A stretch of 63,772 nucleotides of DNA, the filler included, from Globobulimina sp. (taxonomy: Eukaryota): assembly GCA_003354225.1 (NCBI GenBank). It is 21 parts of 21 records of this genome, joined end to end, with 100 filler letters (N's around TTAATTAATTAA, not from the genome) between each part and the next. Parts side by side here need not be neighbours in the genome. Positions count along the whole stretch, not along the records: positions 21,313 to 24,255 come from PIVH01004277.1; positions 24,356 to 27,297 come from PIVH01004278.1; positions 27,398 to 30,339 come from PIVH01004279.1; positions 30,440 to 33,381 come from PIVH01004280.1; 17 more parts are not named here. The stretch is one strand, 5' to 3'. Each line of letters begins with the position of its first letter. Position 1 is the first letter of the stretch. This document shows positions 21,213 through 33,381 of the stretch, piece after piece. The notes under the pieces are model-generated. The model saw only the letters and a list, made by a program, of their open reading frames with translations. It did no database searches and had not been told where the DNA came from. The position numbers and the translations under genes are program-made.

Positions 21213-21312
21213 NNNNNNNNNNNNNNNNNNNNNNNNNNNNNNNNNNNNNNNNNNNNTTAATTAATTAANNNNNNNNNNNNNNNNNNNNNNNNNNNNNNNN
21301 NNNNNNNNNNNN

Positions 21313-22816
21313 GAGTGTTTTGAATGGACAGGTTTTTGTGGTGGTTCAACCTGTATTTCCGCAGCAGATGAAGTCGGATATAATATGGCGTTTATTAAAT
21401 ATGTGAGTACCGCAGGATATAATAATGTAAGAATTCAATATGATGTAATCCCAGAAGACTTTGAAGGGAAAGAAGATGATCATTGTTAAGTTAATAAGTT
21501 TCTCCATCATTATTAAGCTGATGGAGCCATAATTTCCCTCATAGGTTATGTCAAATATTCGACGAATGGAGGAGGCAGTTGGATAACAGCGGGTGATCAT
21601 ACTACCAAAGATGTATTAGAAACAGATGTGTTACAAAGTTGCAACGTTGCTGCTGATAATAATGCACTTTTTGAAGTAAAATTTGAAACCGTTGCTGATG
21701 GCAATAAGTGCTGCGATTATTGCAGTTGGGATAATATGAAAGTAATTGCTGATCTTATACCTACTGCGGAACCGGTATGCAAACCACATAATGATCAGCC
21801 AGCACACAATTACAGTACATATATAAAAATAAAATTAATAAATATTCCAGACACCAATACCTACCAAAACACCTACAAAATCACCAACAAAAAATCCTAC
21901 GGGGAACCGGAATCCAACAAACGATCCTAGCAATGATCCAACAGTTGATCCTACAGCGGATCCTACCAATGGTCCTAGCATTGATCCTACAAATGACCCT
22001 ACCACAGATCCAACATTTGACCCACGTGATGACCCAAGCATTGATCCAACATATGATCCCACTACAAATCCAACAAGCTATCCAACTAAAACTCCAACAC
22101 ATAGATCGGGTGAAGTTGGTGGCTCAAATCAGTCAAATGATATAAATATAAATAACACACGTATGCAGAATGGTGAATTAATTGCAAATAAAAGCAGTAT
22201 ATCAAGAATGGTAGGCATTGTTATTGGAGTGTTGTCGTTTTTATTTTGCGTTGGGATTTTTCTATATTGTCGTTACTATGAAAAACAGAAAAAAACAATG
22301 GAATTATTTATTGCTAATAATAAACATAATAAAGCCGACGCATTGTCAATTAGGGACACTCCCAATGTGGACGAAGAAAAGATGAATAATGGAATGGTGC
22401 AAATATTAATGAATAATATTAATACAAATGGAAGTTATGCAAATGGAGGGATTCGGCGTGGCACATTAGATGTGGATACTGCTGATGGTGAAGGAAATAA
22501 TAATGATAAAGTTTAGATTTCGTTTTCAGATTTGAACATATAAAAAATATAAGATTTGTTTTTTTTAAAGGTGAATGTTTTTGTTACAAAAGGGAGTAAT
22601 GAAGATTCTGTTGATAATCTTGAAAATAACGTAATTGATCCTTTTGATAATCTTGAAAATAATCTTCCTGCACAGGAAGGAGAAGGAGGAGTAAATGATG
22701 ATGATATGGATATTGATATTGATGATATAAATCAAATACAAGTTATGACGCCATATAAGGATACTGATATAAACGAAAATGTTAATGGTGTCAATAATTA
22801 CCCAACACTTCAATAA
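21313..22816 (+). CDS. Type I membrane surface protein with PT-repeat (PTxDPT) stalk, multi-exon, 5'-partial
   Basis: Cys-containing ectodomain; exon from 21851 reads PT..PT/DPT repeats in frame into the TM GIVIGVLSFLFCVGIFLY; acidic tail. Three GT-AG introns are inferred. Confidence 0.75.
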
Positions 22817-23080
22817 CAACTCACCGTCAATCCAAATACCTCTTTATGAGGTTTAGTCACAACGAAATTCATCAAATCACCACTATAATTTCAGTATATT
22901 TTATTTATAATTTAACAATGTTCTTAAATATGTGTTTTTATGTTGTATTGTACTGTAATTTGTTTTTTGTTTGTTTTGTTGAATTACAATTATACCGAAA
23001 TAAAAGAGCATCCTGTTTCCAACGCCAGTTCAAGGTTTTTGATATAAAGAGGTAAAAAGTGTTTGTTGAGTGAAGAGATA

Positions 23081-24196
23081 ATGGCAAGTCTACAAGAAAC
23101 AATCCATGGCCAAATGCAAGGTGAAGATGAAGATTTCGATTTTGATAAATGGATCGAACAAAACCATCTTGAACAGGCCAAACAATTCTTGATAAAGCAT
23201 GGCATGACTGACAGAGAAACGATATCAATGAGTTCTCCATCATTTATTAAATTAATCTCAGATTTATCAGCATCTCAACCTTTATCCACTTCATTGGTAG
23301 TTTCTGCCATTCAAAGCTTAGCAGCATTACCACAAAAACCAAAACATATAATCGTATACGTAGCAGATGAAGAACATAATGTAATCGATAAAATAACATC
23401 AAATTTAAAAGAAATTGATGCATTTGAAAGTAATATAAATTCATTAAACAAACAATTCCCTGCCAGTTTACGTAAAATTAAAACAGAAAAATTAAAACAA
23501 ATTAAAAATACTAAACGAAAAACCAACGATTCATTCAATGAAATCAAAGAAAAAATAATTGTTTGTCAGCAAAAAATAGAAAACGAGTTAAACAAAATTC
23601 AATTAAAAATCAATGAGACTGAGAAAAAAGAAGAATTTGATGAAACGAAAGAAAATCAAATATTGAGAGAAAGTTCAAAAATAATGCAGTCAGAGCGAGC
23701 TTATTTAGCGCAAAAATTAAATGCATGCCATGATAAAATTAATTCGATGGGAAACGATCAAAGACAGCAAAGAAAAGAAGAAATTATTAATATTGGAAAA
23801 GAAACAAATGAACAATTTGCTAAAAGCAAAAAAGTATTAAATGATAATATTAAAAATGTGCAAGATGCGGTGGATGAAAATGATAAATTAGTGATAAAGA
23901 TTGATTTTATATTAATTGAAAAATATAAAAAAAAATTATTGACGGCACTAGAAAATATTGGAGTTATTATAAATGAACAATATCAATCTCCAGATATACA
24001 ATATGATATTAAAGAGGATGAGGATGAGATTCGTATTAAACAATTACAGCAAAAATGTAAAATATTAGAAAAATTAAAAAATGATAATAAATCATTACAA
24101 AAACTGTCAGAACAAGAACGAAAAGGTCGAAATCGTGAATATAACGAAAAACAGCAAATTATACAAGAAAACACAAAATTAGTGGCTGAAAAATGA
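23081..24196 (+). CDS. Coiled-coil protein with possible N-terminal SAM-like segment
   Basis: Long K/E/Q/N-rich ORF with FDKWIEQNHL....FLIKHGM near the start. Confidence 0.65.
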   Translation: MASLQETIHGQMQGEDEDFDFDKWIEQNHLEQAKQFLIKHGMTDRETISMSSPSFIKLISDLSASQPLSTSLVVSAIQSLAALPQKPKHIIVYVADEEHNVIDKITSNLKEIDAFESNINSLNKQFPASLRKIKTEKLKQIKNTKRKTNDSFNEIKEKIIVCQQKIENELNKIQLKINETEKKEEFDETKENQILRESSKIMQSERAYLAQKLNACHDKINSMGNDQRQQRKEEIINIGKETNEQFAKSKKVLNDNIKNVQDAVDENDKLVIKIDFILIEKYKKKLLTALENIGVIINEQYQSPDIQYDIKEDEDEIRIKQLQQKCKILEKLKNDNKSLQKLSEQERKGRNREYNEKQQIIQENTKLVAEK

Positions 24197-24355
24197 AAAT
24201 ACTAAATATAAATCAATGACGTCCAAATTGAAAAATGAGAACAAGTCTATAATGANNNNNNNNNNNNNNNNNNNNNNNNNNNNNNNNNNNNNNNNNNNNT
24301 TAATTAATTAANNNNNNNNNNNNNNNNNNNNNNNNNNNNNNNNNNNNNNNNNNNN

Positions 24356-25072
24356 ATAGTAATAATATAGAAATGATGAAGCAATGTATACACGTTTGTC
24401 TTCGTTTGATTGAGTCCATATTTTTATAGCTTTTGTCCAAAACATGCGATTTGAAAACGATAAAATTAGCAATCCATTTGGCCGTAACATTCGTAGGATT
24501 TCCTTTATTAAAATCTTTGTATTTATTAAATAATCAATGCTCACGGCAATGGTTATAATATCAAATGATTCGTTTGGTCCAAATTCATTGTTTATAATTG
24601 GATTTGTGTTTAAATTTTGCACTAAAAAATCGTTCTCTGTTTTGAAAGCTGGATTAGTTTTCAACTCAATTCCATTCATTCCGATACCTTTTGCATTGAT
24701 TATATTTTTTGTAATCATTTCCGATGGATAGTGAGAAATCCAACTACTGCAAATATCCAACATATCGATTTTAGCAACAGATAATTGTTCCAATTCATCC
24801 TTTATTACAATTTCATAAAAATTTGTCAGTGATTTGCGTGCAGATTCATCAATATGATGAACTAATCTTTCCTGCGAATAAAATTCAAAATCATTATTTT
24901 CATCCTTCCGTGAAAAATCATCATCAGAATATACCCACTTAAAAGGTCCGGCAAATGCACCATATTTCGTTGTCAAGCTGTCAATCATTGATGAATATTT
25001 TTCGTTTAGTTTCTTAGCATTTGTAACCAATATATTTCGTGTTAACATCATCGTTATTACTACAACGAACAT
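24356..25072 (-). CDS. Class I SAM-dependent methyltransferase (type 11-like), 3'-partial
   Basis: D..FY...RLVHHID..A...LT.FY, LDICSSWISHYP, G.GMN..EL..NP, VQNLN, VSIDYL, SFSNRMF.TKAI..W; hydrophobic N-terminus. Confidence 0.85.
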
Positions 25073-25236
25073 CACACTGAAGATTAAAAACAGCGAAAAT
25101 TAATTTGTTTGTGATAATGGGTAAAATCCGAAAATTTATTTTGGTGGTCGGATTTAAGCTGGTTTTAATACAAATGCTTCTAAAGGGCATAGAAATAGCA
25201 AGCGGTCTTTATTATGTTACATCGGCACTGTTTAGA

Positions 25237-25827
25237 TTAAAGCACAATTTTTTTAGAATACATTCCAATCTCAATTTTATTTATAAAATGAGTTGGCAAG
25301 TATTTGATGGGTGCGTGAAAACGCATTTTCTTCTTTTTAATCTTTTTAAAATATGAATAATAAATACATTGATATGCGTTGAAGACAGATCCGTTGATAG
25401 CAAATATTGCGGATAAAACATATGCAATGCCACAATGATAGAATGTAAGTTGAACGATTAAATTAATGGCATGAAACAATAAATAAAATTGGCCAAACCC
25501 AAATAACATGAAATCAAAGATTATTGCCCATAAAAAGAGTGATAATGACGCAAATATTGGAAGGTTGTTTGAAAATTCCTCATTATACATATTTGTATTT
25601 TGAGCAACTTTCGTATTTCGATTGAATCCAATATTTAATGAAAGTTTCATTAAAAATGCACTCAATATAGCCACAATCCAATACAATAAACAATACTGAT
25701 CAGATATGGACCATCTCACTCCATAGATTATCATTGATCCAATAATAAAACGACAAATTCTTCCAAAAATCCGCGGAACCCATTGTTGCTGTGAATACAC
25801 GTTTTCTTTGTTTTTTTGTTTGTGCAT
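25237..25827 (-). CDS. Hypothetical membrane protein
   Basis: 196-aa ORF with 4-5 hydrophobic segments. Confidence 0.55.
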   Translation of the reverse strand: MHKQKNKENVYSQQQWVPRIFGRICRFIIGSMIIYGVRWSISDQYCLLYWIVAILSAFLMKLSLNIGFNRNTKVAQNTNMYNEEFSNNLPIFASLSLFLWAIIFDFMLFGFGQFYLLFHAINLIVQLTFYHCGIAYVLSAIFAINGSVFNAYQCIYYSYFKKIKKKKMRFHAPIKYLPTHFINKIEIGMYSKKIVL

Positions 25828-25903
25828 GGTGAGATTTTAGAGTTTAACAATTTTCTTCAGATGTTTTTCAAAAAACTTTGTTTGACACTCTTTCTAAAAC
25901 TAA

Positions 25904-26916
25904 ATGTATGAGATGAGTGGTGACCGTGATACGGATTGTAAGAAAGAATCGGAGATTCGTGCCCGTTGTGTAAAACGGTCCCGAAAATATACATTAAAAG
26001 ATTTAAACGAATTAAGACGTTTAAAATCATATCGCAAAATGCCCACAAATATAGTAGGTGCAGTTGAAATATTAGCACAAGGATTAGGTTTACAAGTTGT
26101 AATCACGAACAGTTTGACTACGGCCAAAGAAGTCCGTTTAAGACAGATACAAATTGCTAAAAATCTGGACGGTTATAAAAATTATATTTCTTTAATACCA
26201 AACAAAAATGAAAGAAGATATAAAATTCATCCAACAACACCTCCAGCACCAGAAATATTAGCATTGTCCAAAAAACATTTTGATCGAAAAATAAGAAATT
26301 GGAAAAGAGAGATACATTGTTGGGATGGCATCAATTCAAATGCTGAAATACCATATCATTTATTGACTGACCGGATGTTAAACGAAAGGAATAAGACAGC
26401 TTTGACATCTCCGGGTGGCTATAAATCACATCCGCAGTACACATGGAGTCCAAAGAAACCATCCTCAATTTCTCCTAAATCGATATCGGAAAAAAAATTA
26501 TATAATCGTCCACAATTTAGTTGCAAAAAGAAATTGGAGTTTGATATGGATGATTTCGACGATGATAAAAAAGAAAATGACGAAGAAACAGCTGTGTATT
26601 CACCCAGTTTGGTGTATACATTTTGCTTTATTTCTTTGCTTTGTTTTTTTTTATAATTGTATTTGTAGCCAAACATAAATGGTATAAACCTAAAAATGGT
26701 GTAATTAGTAATGGTGTAATTAGTGATGGTGTAATTAATGATGATGATGTTACCGATATTAGTACAGTTACTACAAAGATAACAAAAGTTGAAGCGATTG
26801 AATGTTTAAAGATTTGTATATCAAATGTAAGATCAAAAGGCGAGGATGGAAATCAAGATAACCATTTTAATGATATGCTTGTTAATGAATTTAAAAAATT
26901 ATTATCTGAACTATAG
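25904..26916 (+). CDS. SLBP: Histone mRNA stem-loop binding protein (SLBP)-like, divergent, 2 exons
   Basis: R..QI...KN..GY..Y...IP...R....HPTTP......S...FD..I..WK..IH.WD matches the SLBP RNA-binding domain. Intron 26607-26668 joins the last exon in frame. Confidence 0.8.
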
Positions 26917-27141
26917 AAAAATAAATCCTTTGTTTGTATAATAAATTAATATGTTTTAATCTATAATTTCTTTCTTCTTTAAAATTGTATGCGTGATTTG
27001 TCCATAGCAAGTAAAAACGTTGTTGCCTTGTTGTATCTGTAATTTTTTCCGTAGAGTGATCAACCTAAATGACCACAACACATTATGTCCTTCCACAAAA
27101 ATTAAAAAAACTAAGTGCAGTAAGTAGTACCTACGTCGCTA

Positions 27142-27297
27142 ATGTGGAGCAATGTTATTGTAGCAGTATCTAATTTGATGGCACTGCGAGTTATTGTATA
27201 TTTATTCACGAATGAAAGGAAATGGGAATTTTATATATTTTTCGGCAGCATGATTTCATCAATTTTATTTCATTTGATTGAAACAGATGAAGTTACA
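27142..27297 (+). CDS. Hypothetical membrane protein, 3'-partial
   Basis: Hydrophobic ORF (SNLMA...SSILFHLIE) open to the contig end. Confidence 0.4.
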
Positions 27298-27397
27298 NNN
27301 NNNNNNNNNNNNNNNNNNNNNNNNNNNNNNNNNNNNNNNNNTTAATTAATTAANNNNNNNNNNNNNNNNNNNNNNNNNNNNNNNNNNNNNNNNNNNN

Positions 27398-27997
27398 AAC
27401 TGGCAGTCGGTGGCCTATCCTTCACTGAAACCATTAGCTTCGTGGTGCGATGACTTAATTGAAAGATTAGATTTTATTCAAAATTGGATTAGAAATGGTA
27501 CCCCTTCAATTTATTGGATTTCTGGTTTCTTTTTCCCGCAAGCTTTCTTAACCGGGACACTGCAGAATTATGCAAGGAAACATATTAAACCAATCGATAC
27601 GATTTCATTCGGATTCCAAGTGATGACGGAATCGGAGAGTGAGTTGAAAATGAAATATCCAAACGGACCGAGCCAAGGCGGCTGTTTTATAAAAGGACTC
27701 TTTTTAGAAGGATGTCGATGGAATTGTGATAATAATGAATGGTGTTTAGACGATTCGAAACCAAAAGAGCTATTTGTAGAAATGCCAGTAATTTGGCTAA
27801 AACCAATGGTAAATAGAATAATACCAACAAATGGGTTTTATAAATGTCCGGTTTATAAAATATTAACGCGTCGTGGACAATTATCAACAACAGGTCATTC
27901 CACAAATTTTGTTATGAATATTGAATTGCCATCCAAACATCCACAAAAAAAATGGGTCAAAGCTGGTGTTGCAATGTTTTGTGCTTTGAAATATTAA
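27398..27997 (+). CDS. DNAH: Axonemal (inner-arm type) dynein heavy chain, C-terminal end
   Basis: AYPSLKPLASW, WISGFFFPQAFLTGTLQNYARK, GLFLEG, CPVYK...RRG.LSTTGHSTNFV, WVKAGVA. Confidence 0.95.
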   Translation, partial: NWQSVAYPSLKPLASWCDDLIERLDFIQNWIRNGTPSIYWISGFFFPQAFLTGTLQNYARKHIKPIDTISFGFQVMTESESELKMKYPNGPSQGGCFIKGLFLEGCRWNCDNNEWCLDDSKPKELFVEMPVIWLKPMVNRIIPTNGFYKCPVYKILTRRGQLSTTGHSTNFVMNIELPSKHPQKKWVKAGVAMFCALKY

Positions 27998-28196
27998 CAG
28001 ATATTAACTGTGTTGTCTGTGATTATATTGTTGTTGTTGTGTCTTTAATTTTAATTTTTATTTAAGTTTTGCAGGGTTTTCACAGAAAGGTAGACAAAAA
28101 ATACATGGTGATGGTATCTGACACGGATGCAACAAGAATATTAATTATTTAGTATTTTTGAGTTTGTGAAGTAAAAAGATTTTCCGACTGTGGAGA

Positions 28197-30339
28197 ATGC
28201 AGTTTGTTTTCAAGCACATTTTCAAAATAGAAGATCAAAAAACTGTCCGTAGAGCAGATTCAGCGTTATCATGCATCTTAGCATTATTAGATATCGCAAC
28301 TGATATTAATACCATTGTGAGACTATATTCTTATGATGGTGAATATTCGTGCTCTTACAATTGTCCTTTTTTTTTAGCATCAATATTATTGGCATTTTGT
28401 GTATACAGTATAGTAACACAATCAATTTATGTTTGGCAACGATACGATGGCAACATATTATACACATTATTGTCATGTATTGGATTTGCACCGGTTGTAA
28501 TTACTGTTGATTTTTGGAATGACATTGAAAATGATCGTAAATATAAGAATTTTTTTATTATCCGATGGATGGAAACCACGAATGAATCGCTGCCTGCCGC
28601 CACCATACAAATGGTCATTGTTTTGTTTTTTAGTGAACAGGCTTTTGATTTGAACACAAACGGTCTGTCATTAACAATCGCTGGTGTTATATTTTCAATA
28701 TTTTTATCTTTATGGTCTGTTGGAAACGGTACAAGGCGATATGTTGCATTTGTTGGCGGATTTAAAAAGACTAAATTATATTATTGGTCACTTGCTTTAT
28801 ATACAGGTATTTTTTTGAGTGGTTGATCGACAGTGAATAAATTGTTTAATATTACTTTTATATGCAGCCACCGATATGTTCAACAGAGCAATGTTTATGG
28901 CATTATTTTTTGTTACAGTATTAAATGTGAAAAATTATGATTCGTATATTGTAACAATAATATTTCTTGTAATTATCCATCAAATTATTTTCGTTGTCAT
29001 TAATTATCAAAGAAACACCAAAAATGGTGAAGATGATGGATGTTTCGGTAAATTAATTACAACAAACTGGGTTACATTGGGGTCATTTATTATATTTTAC
29101 ACTGTATTACCGTCATCAGTCATATTTTTGCGCAATTTTCACGTCGAAACTGCAAAAATTAGTTTATTTGTAACTCGGATTAATGGAATATCATTAATTA
29201 TATCTGCCATATTATTCTGGTTCGTTCGCGTATTTGCAGTAAATAATAATTTGAGCAATAATTATTTTGCAGCCATCATCTATTTATTAGCATTTAATAC
29301 CATCCCATTTGTTATTGTATTATTTGGCCGCATTAAACTACGCCAAGGTTTTGAAGAATATAAAGGAATGCATTTAACATTTGCTGATATTCAAATGACT
29401 GCAAAACAAGAGAAGAAACAACGAGCTAAACGAGAAAAAAAGAGACACAAAATTGTTGAGAATGAAAGAAAAAAAGTAGAAGAGGAAAGGGTGGAAAAAG
29501 AATTAGAATTCCAACTAAAAATGGAAAAATTAGAGAAACAAAAGATGGATAAACGTCAAGAACAGGACGAATTAATTAGACAAAGACAGCAACAACGAGA
29601 CGAAAAAGAAAAACAGCGGCAACACCGACTGGAACAACAACGTTTGAATGGAAAGAATTCATATCAACTTAAAAAAGAAAAAGATGAAAGAAGAAAGGAA
29701 AAAGAAAGAAAACGTGACAGCTCTTTAAATGCTGTTTCCGCGCTGATGGTATATCAAATGACATTGCAAATGCATCAGAATCAAACAGTAATCGATGGCG
29801 ATATCGAGCCTTTGGAAGAAGAAACAGTTATTGATGAAAATAAAGATGATCCAGCCATGAAAACAAAATACAAGAAAAATGGTGGAAAAAAGAAGGAAAC
29901 AGATCAAGGATTGGATGTAGACGTAAATGTAAATGTGGATAAAGATAAAAAAACAGAAAAAAGTAAGATAAAAAAAAGAAAAAAAATATCAATGTCATTC
30001 AAGAAGAGCGATGATGCGAAATCAGAAGAAGTAGATATTCAGAAAATTAAAAAAAGAAAAAAAAAATCAATGTCATTCAAGAAGAGCGATGATATGAAAT
30101 CAGAAGAAGTGGATATTCAGAAAAGAAAAAAAAGAAAAACAATGTCAATGTCATTCAAGAAGAGCGATGATATGAAATCAATAAAGGAAGAAGTGGATAT
30201 TCAGAAAATTAAAAAAAGAAAAAAAATGTCAATGACATTCAATAAGAGCGATGATACGAAATCAGAAGAAGTGGATATTCAGAAAATTAAAAAAACAAAA
30301 AAAAAATCAATGTCATTCAAGAAGAGCGATGATATGAAA
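28197..30339 (+). CDS. XK-related (XKR-like) membrane protein with long charged repetitive tail, 2 exons, 3'-partial
   Basis: LDIATDI....Y and E...ESLP...IQ followed by S...SL.SV are XK-family hallmarks. Intron 28807-28867 joins the two ORFs in frame. Confidence 0.7.
29968..30339 (+). repeat. Coding tandem repeat, about 5 units of ~78-84 bp (KKRKKKSMSFKKSDDMKSEEVDIQKI)
   Basis: aatgtcattcaagaagagcgatgat...aaatcagaagaagt.gatattcagaaa recurs up to the contig end. Confidence 0.92.
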
Positions 30340-30439
30340 NNNNNNNNNNNNNNNNNNNNNNNNNNNNNNNNNNNNNNNNNNNNTTAATTAATTAANNNNN
30401 NNNNNNNNNNNNNNNNNNNNNNNNNNNNNNNNNNNNNNN

Positions 30440-30721
30440 ACCATACACAGTCAAACAAAAATTACGCCATTCTTTCACCGACTTATTCCCCTTATTATTA
30501 TTATAATATTTTAACGCAAAGGCTAAGCGCTGTAAATGTTGACAGTTATCGATAATATTCGTTGTTGAATGATTGCAATTCATCTCAGTTTGTTTGAATA
30601 AATGTAAATCAATTTCATGATCACTTGGCGTTGTATCATGAATTGGCTTTGAGTCAACGGTACGGGTTTTATTTTGTGGATTATCTGTTGTCTCAATGGC
30701 TTTTGAGAGACTACAACCCAT
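30440..30721 (-). CDS. N-acylated (MGC) protein, 3'-partial; shares the C..L.RL..LKYY segment with 9616-11613 and 46948-48581
   Basis: MGCSLS myristoylation/palmitoylation motif; C......NCQHLQRLAFALKYY. Confidence 0.55.
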
Positions 30722-30927
30722 ATTTGTCTACAATTCCAACGAAAATAACAACTTCCTATCGAGATTCGTATTTTCTTACAAAATTTGTTCAAACACCATG
30801 CACAGTTGCGTATAGAGTTTTATTTTGTTTCAGTAAATTAGTAAAGCTTTATTTGGTTGCAAAAAATGATGAAAACTAATCGATAAAATATGATAATAAA
30901 ATACAATGAGAGGACTGTAATATATGT

Positions 30928-33381
30928 CTATTCACACTCCCTTTGCCATGTTTTATTTTTCCAACAATCAACATCAATATTTTTATATTTATCAGCTGTA
31001 TCATCAGTTAACTCTTTTACAATGACATCATACGAGTTTTTATCCAATTTAATATTCCGTGGATGAATATTGTTTATAATAAGATGCAGTTCCTGCTTAG
31101 AAGAAAAAATATCAATTAAAGCTTGCCACAAATTCGCATTTTGTCCACAAACTGAAATACATTTTTCAGCAAATCTATGTTTGCTTTTTTTATGTTCCTC
31201 GTCAAAACATATTAAACATTTATCAAAATCATCCTTTATCCGAAACATATCACCAAATATCCGATCAAACTGCGCATCCCGATAACAATCCATATGATAA
31301 AAATGTCCACAATTAAACACTTTCATTGCTTGGTACTGCCATTTGCCGCATGGATAATAAACAGACACCAACTTACAGCTAATGGACGCATACAGTTTCT
31401 CCATTTGCTGAATGCGTTGCAATTGTTGATCATTATGCCGATGTCCTTGCAACTTTATCCCGCATCTCGCACAACAACTGTCTGCATTTAACACCATGCC
31501 CTTCCCAGCTTGCGTATACATTTCCTGTCGTAACAGAAAACATTCACTTTTAAAAATATTAACAGTTCCGGTCGTTAATATCTTTTCCTTCGAATACTGT
31601 TCGAATATTGCACTTATTTTCTGTCTCAAACCACTGATTTTCAATTGATTGGGTATTTTGTGAATCAATTCTTGAATGTCTACGTTTGGATGGTCAGCGA
31701 TCACGTTTAGTAATTTGGGCACTAATTCATCAGAATCACGCAATGTAAATTCAATTAATTCGTTCCATAGGTATTTCTCCGATTGTTTCTCTGTAAATTT
31801 TACTGCTTTTTCAACATCCTTCAGTTTGGTTAATATTATTTGCAATGCTTCGGTGAAATTACCCATTCTGCCGAGTATAACCGCATAGCCTTCGTTTAAA
31901 TTGTTTCGCGTCGCTGTGTCTTTGTGTGTGGTCAATGCCAACCTTTTCTGACAGACAGCCAAGGCTTTATTAAATTTTATGCCATCTGATATTGCTAAAA
32001 ATGTCACTAAGCGCCGCGTATCAAATTCGCCATACAATGAAACCAAATAATCATGAAACTCTGGATACGACGAACCATCGCCGCCCAGTTGATGCAGGTA
32101 GAGATATATGAAAAACTTCAAATACTTTCTATATACAGATACGGACACGTTTTGTAATTCATTTTCATCAATTTCTGACATCTCCGAAGTCACTCTTTCA
32201 ATCATGAAATGAGCTCCTTTTCTATGTATATCCTCTCTATATCGGCTGAATAATTTTGCACTGCGAAATGCATCCAATTCAACCAACGCTATGATTTTAT
32301 CTTGCATATAATCCCATAGTTTATGCTGAATAATCATAGAAAATACATCGTCGGATATTGCGTTTAATTTATCCTCATCGTTTACATATTTCCTCTCCTT
32401 TAAATGTTGCTTTTCTTCACTTTTTTCATTTTCCTTGTCATGTCTCAGCAAATAGGCAATGTTGTATCTGTGTGGCAAACGTGCCAATAATTGAGATTTT
32501 AATTGTAAATAATATTCAAATGCTTTATCAAATTCTTCATCCAAACGATATAAGTGTGCTATGTATAATGTATCGCATAAAATGTCCATTAAACAAATAC
32601 CAAAACAACATACCTATGGCCTGTGTCAATGCATCGCTTGTCTGGACCTGCTTTAATCTGTCCATAGCGTGCTGTAATATTGTTTGTATACCATACAAAT
32701 GGCAATTCCATCGATTCACACACTTCAAAAATTGCAGCTCATCATTTTTAATTAATGATTGCAATATTAATTCATATGAACCCTGGTTCAGTATTGGCTC
32801 AACCATCGGTATGACCTCTATGATTAAATGTAATTTGCCCTTTGATAACAAGACATTTATCCATTTTTCCCATAAATATTTATTTTTAGCACATACTTCG
32901 TCGCACAAAGCACCAAATCTATCATATGACTTCCTCTCTTTTTCCAGCACATAGTTCAAAAATTGCTCACCTAACCATACCGGGTTCATTTTACGTGCAT
33001 ATCGCAAATCAGCTTTATGTAATATTGAATATCTCCATGCTTTCTCGTATTCTTTCTTCTCCCATAACCATTCAGCATGGTCTTCAAACTAAAAATACAC
33101 ACTTTGACTTTGAGCAATCTGCAATGCATCAAAACAAATATAATTTTAACTGTGCGCGGCAATGCCCTCACAATGTCATACGGAGAAACAACATAAAACG
33201 CTTCGTCGATGCTGGAATGCGTCCATTTCAATTTATAATCGTGCGCTTGATTCAAGTTATAATTTTTAATGGGTATACATCCCTCGGTTGCCATGCATTC
33301 GCCAGTTCTGCTCAAAATTTTTATTTCTATCGGTTCGCTGCTTGCGGCAAAGGCTAATAACATCAAATCCTGTTTAAATGG
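30928..33381 (-). CDS. VPS41: Vacuolar protein sorting 41 (HOPS subunit), 3 exons visible, 5'-partial
   Basis: YVVSP.DIV.A.PR..EDH..WL, clathrin-repeat region (FHD.LV.LY..FD...L..FL, LGRMGN..EAL, LW..LI, IP....I.GLR) and RING-H2. Introns 33089-33150 and 32559-32613 restore the frame. Confidence 0.9.
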
